A DNA stretch of 64,000 nucleotides from Clostridia bacterium (GCA_017937135.1 JAGBEE010000042.1:11885-75884); one strand, 5' to 3'. Numbered from the stretch's first letter, positions 32,196-43,054 are shown. A program made the numbers and translations. Notes: generated from the letters alone by a model not told the origin.

Positions 32196-33860
32196 TCAAT
32201 TGGTTTTTGTAAGCATTATATTTACTGCACTTACAAGTGCCTTTATTGAAGAATCCATAATGTCACTATCAATGCCCGTTCCGAACTCGCTCTTGCCATC
32301 ATGGCTAATGCTTACGTATGATGCAGCCTCAGAGGTTGATTTGCCCTCGAGCGCGTGCTCTGTATAGCTATCAAGAGTATATTCGATGCCGATAACGTCC
32401 TTTATCGCGTTGCTTACAGCATCTAAGCGTCCGTTTCCATTTGAGACTCGAACATATGATACGCCATTATATTTTATTGTACATTCTGCCTCTATTACCT
32501 CGCCCTTATCAACATAATTCGCCTTTTCGACCTCTACGGGTGTGGATATGTTTACGAAGTCACGAATGAATATATCGTAAACCTCCTTTGGTAAAAGCTC
32601 CCTGTGCTCGTGGTCGGAAATGCTCTTTACGTGGTAGCCAAATGCCTCACGCATTTTGGGTGGCAAGGCAAGATTGAATTGTGTTTCAAGTATGTAGCCA
32701 ATTCCACCCTTTCCCGACTGAGAGTTAATACGGATAACATCTGCCTCATAAACTCTGCCTACATCAGTTGGGTCTATTGGAAGATATGGAACATTCCATA
32801 CCATATTCCTTTCGCTTCTAAACCTCATACCCTTTGCAATTGCGTCCTGGTGTGAGCCGCTAAAGGCTGCGAATACAAGCTGACCACTATATGGCTGTCT
32901 TTCGTAAACGTGCATTCTTGTAACCTTTTCGTAAACCGCAGTAATTTCAGGAAGGTTTGAAAAGTCAAGCCCTGGGTCCACGCCCTGTGAGAACATATTA
33001 AGAGCTAAGGTAATTATATCAACGTTACCTGTTCTTTCTCCGTTGCCGAAGAGTGTTCCCTCTATTCTGTCACCACCTGCTAAAAGTCCCATTTCGCTAT
33101 CTGCTACTGCACAGCCCCTGTCATTATGTGGGTGAAGTGAAATAATAACATTTTCTCTATTCTTAAGATTCTTGGACATATATTCAACCTGATTTGCGTA
33201 AACATGTGGCATTGAGTGCGACACCGTTACAGGAAGGTTGATTATAACCTTGTTTTCAGGAGTTGGCTCCCAAATTGAGATTACCTCGTTGCATATTTCT
33301 TTTGCAAATTCGGGCTCTGTGCCTGTAAAGCTCTCGGGTGAATATTCAAATGTGATTTTGCCCTTTGCCTTTTCTCTGTATTTTTTACAAAGATTTGCAC
33401 CGAACTTAGCAATTTCAATAATTTCCTCCTTGCTCTTTTTGAACACCTGCTCTCTTTGAGCAACTGAGGTTGAATTGTAGAGGTGAACTACTGCGTGCTT
33501 TGCACCGTCAATAGCCTCGAAGGTTTTTGCAATTATATGCTCTCTTGACTGAGTTAAAACCTGTATTGTTACATCGTCGGGTATTAAGCCCTGTTCGATT
33601 ATTGTTCTGCAAAATTCGTACTCTGTTTCCGAAGCGGCAGGAAAACCTATCTCTATTTCCTTGAAGCCTACCTTGCATAGTAGCTTGAAAAACTCCAATT
33701 TTTCTTCAAGACTCATTGGAATTATGAGCGCTTGGTTTCCATCACGAAGGTCAACGCTACACCATATTGGCGCTTTGTCGATGGAGTCCTTTTTAATCCA
33801 GTCCATCGTGACACCGTTTGGAACAAAATATTGCTTTGAGTATTTTTTACAGTTTTTCAT
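32196..33860 (-). CDS. leuA: 2-isopropylmalate synthase (yeast/actinobacterial type)
   Basis: WCSVDLRDGNQAL, HPHNDRG, GNGERTGN, AFSGSHQDA, IRINSQSGKGG. Confidence 0.96.
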   Translation of the reverse strand: MKNCKKYSKQYFVPNGVTMDWIKKDSIDKAPIWCSVDLRDGNQALIIPMSLEEKLEFFKLLCKVGFKEIEIGFPAASETEYEFCRTIIEQGLIPDDVTIQVLTQSREHIIAKTFEAIDGAKHAVVHLYNSTSVAQREQVFKKSKEEIIEIAKFGANLCKKYREKAKGKITFEYSPESFTGTEPEFAKEICNEVISIWEPTPENKVIINLPVTVSHSMPHVYANQVEYMSKNLKNRENVIISLHPHNDRGCAVADSEMGLLAGGDRIEGTLFGNGERTGNVDIITLALNMFSQGVDPGLDFSNLPEITAVYEKVTRMHVYERQPYSGQLVFAAFSGSHQDAIAKGMRFRSERNMVWNVPYLPIDPTDVGRVYEADVIRINSQSGKGGIGYILETQFNLALPPKMREAFGYHVKSISDHEHRELLPKEVYDIFIRDFVNISTPVEVEKANYVDKGEVIEAECTIKYNGVSYVRVSNGNGRLDAVSNAIKDVIGIEYTLDSYTEHALEGKSTSEAASYVSISHDGKSEFGTGIDSDIMDSSIKALVSAVNIMLTKTN

Positions 33861-33907
33861 GTCGTTTCCTTTCTGTTTGTATTTTTGGTTGCGACTTATA
33901 TCAAGCG

Positions 33908-34178
33908 TAAAATAAAATAGCCTCTTGATACAACACGCACCTATCGTATTGTAAAAAGAGACGAAGTATTCTCCGCGGTACCACTCTTAATTGGTGCTTT
34001 GCACCCACTCTGCGCCTTGTCTATCAACAAAGCCTCTCTGTAACGGGAGAGCCCGACCAAGCCTACTATTTTTCGGTTGGTAGCTCCGGGATGAGAATGT
34101 CTTTATAATCATACTGTCTTGCACCAACCGCCAGCTCTCTGAAATGATATTTGGGGACATATTTCCCTTCATCGCTTA
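33908..34178 (-). promoter_or_regulatory. T-box riboswitch, probably Leu (CUC specifier), leader of the leu-ilv operon
   Basis: Minus strand: AGAGAGC AG-box, GGTGCAA loop motif, CTC at 34095-34093, T-box AATTAAGAGTGGTACCGCG, then a hairpin with U-tract. Confidence 0.9.
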
Positions 34179-34190
34179 TATATATTATAT

Positions 34191-34219
34191 ATTTTATATT
34201 ATGTATAATCGTTTGTCAA
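34191..34219 (-). promoter_or_regulatory. sigmaA promoter upstream of the T-box
   Basis: Minus strand TTGACA-17 bp-TAAAAT. Confidence 0.65.
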
Positions 34220-34340
34220 TAGTTTTTTGAAATTTTTTTCAAATTATTTTATCGCGTTAAAGTACTAAAATCAAAATGCACAAATTTCATCACTATAACA
34301 CAGAAAAAACGGGCATTTTGCCCGTTTTTGTCTATTGTTG

Positions 34341-35864
34341 TTATTCATTTGATGACTCAGATACAGAGGTGTAGGTCTTTTCTATTATATTAATATTGGT
34401 GTTTTCGCACCAATCCTTCTCCACCATACTATATAGGACATTATCATAAATATAATCTTCGCCAAGCTCATTTACAAAATCAGTTGCAGACTTGGTTGCG
34501 TCCTCCTCATTCATTCCTTCAAAGGACATATAGTGATTTTTATAATACGCTACAAGTCTCTCTTTTTCTAATGCAAGCATTTCTTCTGTTGGCACTATTT
34601 CTTTTTGCTGAGCATATGCATAGTAAATCATTTCATTTTTCATATTTGATTTAATATACTCATCACGTGTCATGTTATAGTTTTGCATTAAATACTCATC
34701 TAAAGTCATGCCATAGGCTTCTTCAAGATTAGCTTTAAGTTCTTCAAGCTTAGAATTTATAGCGTTAAGCTCCTTGGTTGGATATTCTTTAACGACACTA
34801 TTTTCACTAATATAGTCATAAACCTTTTCTGAAATGCAATTATTTATAATGGCATCCTCAAGCTCCTTTGTGGTAGTGTAATCGTTGAAGTATGCTTGAA
34901 CAAATTCGTCATTATATTTAGGTGCATCATATATAGAGTTTAGTGTTACCTTGAAAAGAACCTTTTTTCCTTTTAAATCAAGTGCTTCATTGCCTGTTTC
35001 ATGGTCACTTGGGAAGGTTGCATAAAATTCAACCTCTTGACCCTTTTGTGCTCCTATTATTCCGTTTTCAAAATCATCAATTGCAATATGTGAGCCAAGA
35101 TAAAATTTAGCGTTTTCACTCTCATTAAATGGCTCACTTAAGGGGTTATCGCTTTCATCTAAAAGATAGCCCTTGTATGATACATCTACCACATCGCCAA
35201 GCTCGGCTTCGGTCTTTTCATCGTTTTTGGTTGCATACTGCATAAGATATGAATCTATACAGCTTTGAAGCATATCAAGCTCAAAATCAACTGTGAGGTC
35301 ATCAAGGCTTGGTAGGGTTATATAATCCGACATTGTGTAGTCGTATTTTAGCGCCTCTCCCTCTGACCACTTTGCGTATAGAGTTATATTTGATGCGTTT
35401 GCTGAAATGTTATCAGCCAGCACGGTAAGCTCCTTATCAAGATACCAGCCCTCAAAGGTGTAGCCCTCTCTTGCTGGGTCCTCAAGCTCTATTTTATCCT
35501 TTATTGTATATGTTGTAGGGTTGTTTCCATTTACTGCATTTTCACCTAATTCATATTTGATTTCATAGGTTATAAGCTCCCATTTAGCAGTAAGAGTCAT
35601 ATCCTCTGTGGCGATATAGCCGATAAATGACCATCTTTCATCTCCAACATACCAGCCAAGAAACTCATAGCCTATTTTCTTTGGGTCCTTTGGCTCGGTG
35701 ATTTTGCTGCTTTTTTCAATTTTTTGCTCATTTACTAAGCTTCCACCTGCTGAATCGAACTTTATTGTTATATCAGGTGATACTATGTCACCGACAGCAT
35801 CACAGCTAACAAGAACGAGCGCAAGCAGCATACAACATATAAATATTGTAATTACCCTTTTCAT
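34341..35864 (-). CDS. Lipoprotein with two InlB B-repeat (Listeria-Bacteroides repeat)-like domains and a trigger-factor/FKBP-like domain
   Basis: Lipobox LVSC; P.K.GY.F.GWY...L.AKW repeats; GD.VDVSYKG...IDDFENGIIG...TFP...LKGK.V.FKV. Confidence 0.75.
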   Translation of the reverse strand: MKRVITIFICCMLLALVLVSCDAVGDIVSPDITIKFDSAGGSLVNEQKIEKSSKITEPKDPKKIGYEFLGWYVGDERWSFIGYIATEDMTLTAKWELITYEIKYELGENAVNGNNPTTYTIKDKIELEDPAREGYTFEGWYLDKELTVLADNISANASNITLYAKWSEGEALKYDYTMSDYITLPSLDDLTVDFELDMLQSCIDSYLMQYATKNDEKTEAELGDVVDVSYKGYLLDESDNPLSEPFNESENAKFYLGSHIAIDDFENGIIGAQKGQEVEFYATFPSDHETGNEALDLKGKKVLFKVTLNSIYDAPKYNDEFVQAYFNDYTTTKELEDAIINNCISEKVYDYISENSVVKEYPTKELNAINSKLEELKANLEEAYGMTLDEYLMQNYNMTRDEYIKSNMKNEMIYYAYAQQKEIVPTEEMLALEKERLVAYYKNHYMSFEGMNEEDATKSATDFVNELGEDYIYDNVLYSMVEKDWCENTNINIIEKTYTSVSESSNE

Positions 35865-35974
35865 AACTATCTCCATGTTTTTGCTTTTTTGTTAATTATA
35901 TCACTATTTTAAAAAAAATTCAATATATTTAGTAAAATAAAAAGGCTCTTGCAAAAGCAAAAGCCTTAGTTTTG

Positions 35975-37042
35975 TTAGTCGCAGATTTTATAAATCCAAC
36001 CGTATGTATCCTCTACCTCGCCCCATTGAATACCTGTTAGGGTGTCGTAAAGCTTCTTTGTAACCTCGCCGATTTGTCCACCGTTTACATCGTACTCTAC
36101 ATCGTTATAGAAAAGCTTGCCTATAGGAGAAACTACTGCTGCTGTACCACAGCCCCACGCCTCCTCGAGCTTTCCACTCTTGAGCGCATCTACAAGCTCG
36201 TCAACACTAAGAAGTCTTTCGCTAACATTATATCCCATTGATTTCAAAACCTCAATGCAGGACTTTCTTGTAATGCCAGGTAAAATTGAGCCTGTGAGCA
36301 TTGGTGTTACTATCTCGCCATCAATTTTGAACATTACGTTCATAGCTCCAACCTCTTCAATGTACTTACGATGTACACCGTCAAGCCAAAGAACCTGCGA
36401 ATAGCCCTTTTTGCTTGCCTTTTCGCCTGCTCTGTTTGATGCTGCATAGTTACCACCACATTTAACCGCGCCAGTTCCACCCTTTACTGCACGAACATCC
36501 TCGCTCTCTATCATTATTTTAACGGGGTTGATTCCCTCTGCATAGTAGCTTCCACTTGGTGAGGCGATTATCATAAATGTTGCTCTTTTTACTGTGTGAA
36601 CTCCAAGTGTTTCATCGTTACCGAACATATATGGACGAAGGTATAAGGATGTTCCGAAGGAATGTGGAACAAAGTCCTTTTCAAGCTCAACAAATGTCTT
36701 AAGCGCCTGTAAAAAGTCCTCTTCATTTATTTTAGGTAAGCACATACGCTCAGCTGAAGCATTCATTCTTCTTATATTTTCCATAGGTCTAAATAAGCGA
36801 ATTTCTCCACTTTTGGTGCGATATGCCTTTAGTCCCTCAAATATTTCAGAGCCATAATGTAGAACAGTTGATGCAGGGTGTAAGGAAATATTTCCAAATG
36901 GCACTATTCTTGCATTGTGCCAGCCCTTTGTGTATTCATAATCCATAATGAACATATGATCTGAAAAGAATTTTCCAAAGCCAAGCTTATCTTCCTCAAT
37001 TAAGGTCTTGGGAGTGGTTGTTTTTGTAATACTGATTTGCAT
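35975..37042 (-). CDS. ilvE: Branched-chain amino acid aminotransferase
   Basis: LHYGSEIFEGLKAY, KCGGNYA, ILPGITR, GTAAVVSP. Confidence 0.96.
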   Translation of the reverse strand: MQISITKTTTPKTLIEEDKLGFGKFFSDHMFIMDYEYTKGWHNARIVPFGNISLHPASTVLHYGSEIFEGLKAYRTKSGEIRLFRPMENIRRMNASAERMCLPKINEEDFLQALKTFVELEKDFVPHSFGTSLYLRPYMFGNDETLGVHTVKRATFMIIASPSGSYYAEGINPVKIMIESEDVRAVKGGTGAVKCGGNYAASNRAGEKASKKGYSQVLWLDGVHRKYIEEVGAMNVMFKIDGEIVTPMLTGSILPGITRKSCIEVLKSMGYNVSERLLSVDELVDALKSGKLEEAWGCGTAAVVSPIGKLFYNDVEYDVNGGQIGEVTKKLYDTLTGIQWGEVEDTYGWIYKICD

Positions 37043-37208
37043 TTTAATTTACCCCTCGTTTAAAATACTATTTATACAAATCATAATATCACAACTATTT
37101 ATTCAAGTCAATATTTAGAAAACATTTTTTTGATTTTTTCTATGAAAACAAAAAACGAGCATACAGATTTCTGTTTGCTCGCTCCCTGTGATATAGCTAA
37201 TTCAACAT

Positions 37209-37853
37209 CTATAATATACTTTTGATTTCCTCGGCGCACTTAACAATATGTGTTGCACCTGCGCCCTTAAGCTCCTCATAAGAGCCATAGCCAAATGTGA
37301 CTCCTATCGAATCCATACCAAAGGTATTTGCGCCATTGATATCAAAATGACGGTCACCAACCATTATTGCATCCTTAGCGCTTGTGTTAGAAACGCTTAG
37401 CGTGTATTCAATAACGGCTTCCTTGGTTGCGCGTGTTTTTTCGTCCATTGTAGCGCCAATTTTATAATCAAAATATTTAGAAATCCCTAAAAAATCAAGC
37501 ACCCTGTGTGCATAATCCTCGGGCTTTGAGGTTGCTAATGCAATAGTATATCCCTTTTCCTTAAGATACTTTAAAAGGTCTTCTATTCCATTATAAAGAT
37601 GACATTCATAAATTCCCTTTTCCTTGTAGTATTCGCGATACGTTTTTACGGCTATTTCAGCCCTTTCGCCGTCAAAGCCGTAAAACTCCTTAAAGGACTG
37701 ATAAAGTGGTGGCCCAATAAATCGGTAAAGATTTTCCTTTTTTTCTTGTATTCCGAATTTTTCCAAGGCGTACATACAAGAGTTTGTTACTCCCTCACCT
37801 GAATCGACTAAGGTTCCGTCAAGGTCAAAAAAGACGGTGGTATATTTCTTCAT
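37209..37853 (-). CDS. HAD-superfamily hydrolase (subfamily IA)
   Basis: FDLDGTLVDS, ATSK, MVGDRHFD. Confidence 0.9.
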   Translation of the reverse strand: MKKYTTVFFDLDGTLVDSGEGVTNSCMYALEKFGIQEKKENLYRFIGPPLYQSFKEFYGFDGERAEIAVKTYREYYKEKGIYECHLYNGIEDLLKYLKEKGYTIALATSKPEDYAHRVLDFLGISKYFDYKIGATMDEKTRATKEAVIEYTLSVSNTSAKDAIMVGDRHFDINGANTFGMDSIGVTFGYGSYEELKGAGATHIVKCAEEIKSIL

Positions 37854-37870
37854 AAATAGCTTCCTTTTTG

Positions 37871-38563
37871 TTATTTTTCATCCACTTGATCAGCTTTTTT
37901 CTCTTCTTCTGTAGACTTTTCCTCGTTTGCGGTAGATTGCTTTGCTGCTATACCAGTTTGCTTTTCAAGCACCAATGTAATTCTATTTAATGCTGGTGAA
38001 AATACAACATTTATAAGAAGCTCAAAAAAGAAGTTGATGCCTATCAGTGTAAGAAATAAAAGCGCTATAAAGTTACCTGATGTATCAAGTCCAAGCTCGT
38101 TGCAAACGCTTACAACATCATTTTTGATTATCATGCTACCAATTGCAAATATGCCTGTGTTTACAACCGGTGCACTAACTCCTGCCACTACTGCCGCTAC
38201 AATACCTGCTCCCTTAAATTCACGCTTTTTTATAAGCTTGTAAAAAAGTGCTGGGACAAGTCCTGCCAAGCTTCCCTTTACAATACAGATAAGAACAGTT
38301 ACAACAGGATTAAACTGAAGCAACAAATATGTGAACATATCTCTGCCCATAAGCCCCCAGAATATTGCAACTAAGCCAAATGCGAAGCCGAGTGCTGCGC
38401 CATATTTGGGTCCTAACACCATAGCTCCGAGTGTGATTGGCACTAAGCAAAGGCATATATTTACTACGCCCATTCCAGAAAGCGATTGAAGAACTATAAC
38501 AAGAGCTAAAAGTATTCCAAGCTCTGCCATTTTGTAGGTTGATTGCTTTTTACTTACTGACAT
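37871..38563 (-). CDS. ECF transporter S component (PanT-like)
   Basis: VP...GA..LGP..GA.LG..FG and NT motifs; about 6 TM helices. Confidence 0.78.
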   Translation of the reverse strand: MSVSKKQSTYKMAELGILLALVIVLQSLSGMGVVNICLCLVPITLGAMVLGPKYGAALGFAFGLVAIFWGLMGRDMFTYLLLQFNPVVTVLICIVKGSLAGLVPALFYKLIKKREFKGAGIVAAVVAGVSAPVVNTGIFAIGSMIIKNDVVSVCNELGLDTSGNFIALLFLTLIGINFFFELLINVVFSPALNRITLVLEKQTGIAAKQSTANEEKSTEEEKKADQVDEK

Positions 38564-38717
38564 ACAAATCTCCTTTTTAAGAATAATATGTTTGACTAAT
38601 TTTAGCATATTAATAAATTTATGTCAAGAAAATATTAATGAAGAAAAGATTTTTTCTTTTATTAAAGTGATAAAACTATTTAAATTTTAGCAAAACAGCC
38701 ACAGGCGTGGCTGTTTT

Positions 38718-40421
38718 TTAGCTTTTAAATTCTACTCTTACAGTTGTTCCAACATTGATTTCGCTCTGTATTGAAAGCTCGGCATTGTAAAGCGCGCATA
38801 TATGCTTAACTATTGCAAGCCCAAGTCCTGTTCCACCTGTCTTCTTGGAGCGTGACTTATCTACGCGATAAAACCTTTCACAAAGGCGTGGTATATGCTC
38901 CTTCTCTATTCCTATTCCTGTATCACGAACAGCTAATGTAGTAGAATCATCATTTGAATGGATGCTGATTTCTATTTCTCCATTTTCTCTGTTATAATTT
39001 ATTGCGTTGGTGCAAAGATTAGTTACAAGCTCAAAGATTTTCCTTGGGTCGGCTGTAATTTCACCCTCGCCCAAAAGTGTAACCCTAATATTTTTTTCTG
39101 AAATTTGATTAGCAAGCTCATTTATTGCCTCGTCGCATATATTACGTAGGTCAACGTTGACTAAAACCGGCTCGTCCTCACTTCTTTCGAGCTTACTAAG
39201 CTTGAGCATATCGGAAATTAGACTTGCCATTCTTATGCTTTCATTATGAATTCTTAAAATATGCTTTTTGGTTGCTTCATCTATTGTTTCCTTGGATAAA
39301 AGTATTTCGGTTAGTCCCTGCATTACCGTTATTGGTGTTTTTAATTCATGTGAGGCATTCGCGAAAAAGTCGCTTTTTTGCTTTACCATTAATTTTTCTG
39401 TTGTTACGTCGGTTAAAATAGCGATTCTTGATATGATTCCCTCAAGCTCGGTATCCTCTATTCTTTTCACAAGAACATATATGTCTTTATTATCAAGCTT
39501 ATATTCAAATTCAATATTTTTGTCTAACTCCTGAGTTATTTTTTCAACCAAGCGAGCATCAGACAATAGCTTATTCAAATGCCTACCTACGCAGTTATCC
39601 CTTGCGCTCAGCATCAATAAAACACTATTATTTGCAAAAACAACCTCATTATTTGGATTAAGGGCTATTATTCCCTGTGAAACATTATCAAGTACCTCTC
39701 CAAGCTTCTTGCTCTCTCGAATTTGACTTGCCATGGTTTCGTGAACGTTGGCATTTATTTCGTTGATTTCCTTAAGCACTGAATGTAGCTCTGTATCGCT
39801 TGAGTCCGTCCTTATTGGTATGTATTCGCCCTCATTAAGGCTCTTGAGGCTTTGACCGATTTGTGTCATTTTTTCAGACACGTCCTTGGAGATTTTCTTT
39901 GAAAACCACAAGGAAAAGCCAATTGCAATAACAAGCGCACCTATCAAAAACGGAATTGAAACTATTACATATTCAGTTATTTCACTGCTTCTTACAGCAA
40001 GGCGCAAAACAACATCTGTTCCGTCCTGTAGAGTGGTCTTTTTTGCATAATAGGTCATTTTACAATCAAAGGTTTCGGAATACCTTTCAACCGTTTTACT
40101 CTCTCCCTTAAGAGCGTATATTATTTCCTCTCTGTCGGCGTGATTTTCAAATTCTATCGTATTTGATTCACTATCGTGCAACACCTCTCCGTTTGTGTCG
40201 GTTACGGTTATTCTGAAGGCGTCCTTAGTGTAGTAATTCTCTAAATTTATGATATCTTCCTTATCCTTTAATATGCTCAGAACCAAGTCACATTCATCTA
40301 CAAGCCTTTCATCAAGCATATTTCTGCTGATTTTGTGCATTGACACAATTCCTGCTACGAAAACGAGCAAAACAAGACACAGGGCTAAAGAAAATATTTT
40401 TATAAACGCATTTTTTCTCAT
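38718..40421 (-). CDS. Sensor histidine kinase (PhoR-like, PAS domain)
   Basis: FANASHELKTP H-box, ERFYRVDKSRS, GGTGLGLAIVKH; NHADREE extracellular motif. Confidence 0.9.
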   Translation of the reverse strand: MRKNAFIKIFSLALCLVLLVFVAGIVSMHKISRNMLDERLVDECDLVLSILKDKEDIINLENYYTKDAFRITVTDTNGEVLHDSESNTIEFENHADREEIIYALKGESKTVERYSETFDCKMTYYAKKTTLQDGTDVVLRLAVRSSEITEYVIVSIPFLIGALVIAIGFSLWFSKKISKDVSEKMTQIGQSLKSLNEGEYIPIRTDSSDTELHSVLKEINEINANVHETMASQIRESKKLGEVLDNVSQGIIALNPNNEVVFANNSVLLMLSARDNCVGRHLNKLLSDARLVEKITQELDKNIEFEYKLDNKDIYVLVKRIEDTELEGIISRIAILTDVTTEKLMVKQKSDFFANASHELKTPITVMQGLTEILLSKETIDEATKKHILRIHNESIRMASLISDMLKLSKLERSEDEPVLVNVDLRNICDEAINELANQISEKNIRVTLLGEGEITADPRKIFELVTNLCTNAINYNRENGEIEISIHSNDDSTTLAVRDTGIGIEKEHIPRLCERFYRVDKSRSKKTGGTGLGLAIVKHICALYNAELSIQSEINVGTTVRVEFKS

Positions 40422-41092
40422 TTTCCCTCAAAGCGATAGCCTATTCCACGAACGGTTACTATTGGATCATTTTCACTTACTGCTTTTATTTTATCACGCA
40501 GGGTTGCTATATGCATATCAAGCGTTCTTGTTTCCCCTATAAAGCTCTCGCCCCATACCTCTCTAAAAAGCTCTTCTCTTTTAACCGTGACTCCACCCTT
40601 GGAGATTAAGAGCTTCAAAAGGCAAAACTCCTTTAAGGTAAGTCCAAGGTCAGTGCCCTCATATAATGCCTTATATGTATTATTATCTATCGAAAAGCCG
40701 TTTGAATTTGTAACATAAAGATTTGCTCGGCGCAGGTTGGTTCTTACTCTTGCCATAAGCTCTAAAATCGAAAATGGCTTTGCCATATAGTCATCAGCTC
40801 CCTTGTTAAGTCCCTTTACAAAGCTTATTTCATCACTTTTAGCACTGACTATAATAACAGGCACCTTCTCGTCCGACTCTCTTATTTTGGTTAAAATTGC
40901 ATATCCGTCAAGGTCTGGAAGCATTATGTCAAGAATTATCAAATCAGGACGCTTTATTGCAAAGGCATTTAAAAATTCAGTTCCGTTTTCAAAGATTACA
41001 ACCTGATAATCATTTTCAAACGCGCCCTCATATACCTCGCCAATTCCCTCATCATCCTCTACAATATAAATAAGTGGCAAATTCTCCTTCAT
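40418..41092 (-). CDS. OmpR/PhoP-family response regulator
   Basis: LDIMLP, GADDY..KPF, LTLKEF, TRTLDMHI..LR, VRGIGY. Confidence 0.93.
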   Translation of the reverse strand: MKENLPLIYIVEDDEGIGEVYEGAFENDYQVVIFENGTEFLNAFAIKRPDLIILDIMLPDLDGYAILTKIRESDEKVPVIIVSAKSDEISFVKGLNKGADDYMAKPFSILELMARVRTNLRRANLYVTNSNGFSIDNNTYKALYEGTDLGLTLKEFCLLKLLISKGGVTVKREELFREVWGESFIGETRTLDMHIATLRDKIKAVSENDPIVTVRGIGYRFEGK

Positions 41093-41172
41093 ATTCTTCT
41101 CCTTATACTCAATTTTACTATATTATACAACTAATTTTTATTAAAATCAACACTGTATTACAATTCAAAAAT

Positions 41173-41201
41173 TTGACAAATCAATAATTTTATGGTATAA
41201 T
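41173..41201 (+). promoter_or_regulatory. sigmaA promoter
   Basis: TTGACA-17 bp-TATAAT with extended -10 TG. Confidence 0.75.
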
Positions 41202-41249
41202 TTGGTAGCATTTCATAATTCTTTAAGGATTTTTAAATAAAATATATTT

Positions 41250-41513
41250 ATGGAAAATAAGAAAAAGAAAAAATCAAAATGGATGAAATTCAGGCACAAG
41301 GTTGTAATTAGACTCTTGAAGCTTATATTAACTCCAATAGTAAAATTCAAATACGGAATGACTATCGAAAAATGCGACTATATAAAGAAAAATCAGGTGC
41401 TGGTTATTTCAAATCACCAAACGTCCTTTGACCAATTTTTTATGAGCCTTGTTGCTTATCCAAGGCATCTTTATTGTTTTAAATATAATTCTGTTCCGTT
41501 CATTTATATTTAA
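41250..41513 (+). pseudogene. Truncated PlsC-like acyltransferase (N-terminus only)
   Basis: NHQTSFD catalytic motif is present but the ORF ends soon after; no PEG-type motif. Confidence 0.7.
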
Positions 41514-41582
41514 AAGACGAAAAAAACAAAAATAAAGTAAATAGAGGCACTAAAACGACAGCTCGTTTAGTGCCTCCTTATT

Positions 41583-42965
41583 TTATTTAAGAAAAAAGCG
41601 TAATAGTCTTCTAAAAAAGCTACTTGTGTAAGGCTGATAACGCATTGGAAGGTCTATCCAGTTCTTTTTATTTACTATTGATTTTTGGTGTGAAAAGGCA
41701 TCAAAGCCTGCTTTTCCGTGGTATGCTCCCATACCACTTTCGCCAACTCCGCCAAAGCCCATCTCGCTTGTTGCTAAGTGAATAATAACATCGTTTATAC
41801 AACCACCACCATATGAGATTTGCTCGGTAACTCTTTTGATATTTTTCTTGTTACTTGAAAACACATAAAGCGCAAGTGGCTTTTGTCTTTCTTGTATGAA
41901 CGTTATTACATCATCAAAATTGTCGTAGGTTAAAATTGGCATAAGAGGTCCAAAAATTTCCTCCTGCATAATTGCGTCATTCTCTGTTATGTTATCCATT
42001 ACCGTTGGCTCTATTTTTAGTGCTTCTTTATTTGACTTCCCACCAAAAACAACCTTATCAGTGTCGATTAAGCCACATAAACGGTCAAAATGCTTCTCGT
42101 TTACTATTCTGCCATAATCCTTGTTTTCAAGTGCATTTTCTCCATATTGCTCCTTGATTTGAGAAATAACCTCTTTTATAAATTCAGCCTTAACTGAGCT
42201 ATGGCATAAAATATAGTCGGGAGCCACACAGGTCTGTCCACAATTTAAGTATTTACCAAAAACTATTCTTTTGGCAGCTAATTTTATTTTTGCAGAGCTA
42301 TCTACTATACAAGGGCTCTTACCACCAAGCTCTAAAACTACAGGGGTTAAGGTTTCTGCTGTGTGTCGCAAAACCTCCTTGCCCACATTTTGGCTTCCTG
42401 TGAAGAATACCATGTCAAATTTCTTTTCAAGAAGAGCAGAATTTTCCTTTCGTCCACCCTTAATTACAGACACGTGCTCGGGTAAAAACGATTCATTTAT
42501 TATTTTTTCTACAATATCGCTCGTGGCTGGCGAATACGCGCTTGGCTTTACTATTACGGTATTACCTGCGCTAACTGCATCTATTATTGGGTCTATTGAG
42601 AGAAGAAAAGGGTAATTCCAAGGGCTCATAACAAGCACATTTCCATACGGACAAGGCTTTACATAGCTTTTTGAGGAAAATTGCGCAAGAGGGGTGTGCA
42701 CCTTCTTTTTCTTTGAAAACCTTTTCGTGTGCTTTACCATGTAGGTAATTTCAGAAAGTGCCATTCCTATTTCGCACATATAGCTTTCATATTCGCTTTT
42801 CCCAAGGTCATTATAGAGTGCTTCTGCTATTTCCTTTTCGTATTTTTTTATACACTCCCTGAGACTTTTCAAGGCATTTATTCTAAATTTTACATCAAGA
42901 GTTCTTCCACCCTTGAAAAATTCTCTTTGCTTTTCTACGATATTATCTATGTTCTTCTCTTCCAT
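41583..42965 (-). CDS. Aldehyde dehydrogenase (ALDH3-like)
   Basis: PWNYP, FTGS, LELGGKSP, GQTCVAPDY, EEIFGP, FGGVGESG. Confidence 0.95.
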   Translation of the reverse strand: MEEKNIDNIVEKQREFFKGGRTLDVKFRINALKSLRECIKKYEKEIAEALYNDLGKSEYESYMCEIGMALSEITYMVKHTKRFSKKKKVHTPLAQFSSKSYVKPCPYGNVLVMSPWNYPFLLSIDPIIDAVSAGNTVIVKPSAYSPATSDIVEKIINESFLPEHVSVIKGGRKENSALLEKKFDMVFFTGSQNVGKEVLRHTAETLTPVVLELGGKSPCIVDSSAKIKLAAKRIVFGKYLNCGQTCVAPDYILCHSSVKAEFIKEVISQIKEQYGENALENKDYGRIVNEKHFDRLCGLIDTDKVVFGGKSNKEALKIEPTVMDNITENDAIMQEEIFGPLMPILTYDNFDDVITFIQERQKPLALYVFSSNKKNIKRVTEQISYGGGCINDVIIHLATSEMGFGGVGESGMGAYHGKAGFDAFSHQKSIVNKKNWIDLPMRYQPYTSSFFRRLLRFFLK

Positions 42966-43054
42966 TCTCAGTCCCCTTTAAGCTTGTTATTCATATTCTA
43001 TCACAGATTTTTAAATATATCAATTAATTCATTTTAATTTTTATAAAAAAACTA

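Noticed and set aside
33987-34172. 61-aa ORF as a leader peptide
   Set aside because: Coincides with the T-box RNA and has no Leu-codon run.
34253-34270. Second YerC/HisR operator upstream of leuA
   Set aside because: CGCGTTAAAGTACTAAAA matches only one half-site well and lies upstream of the -35 box.
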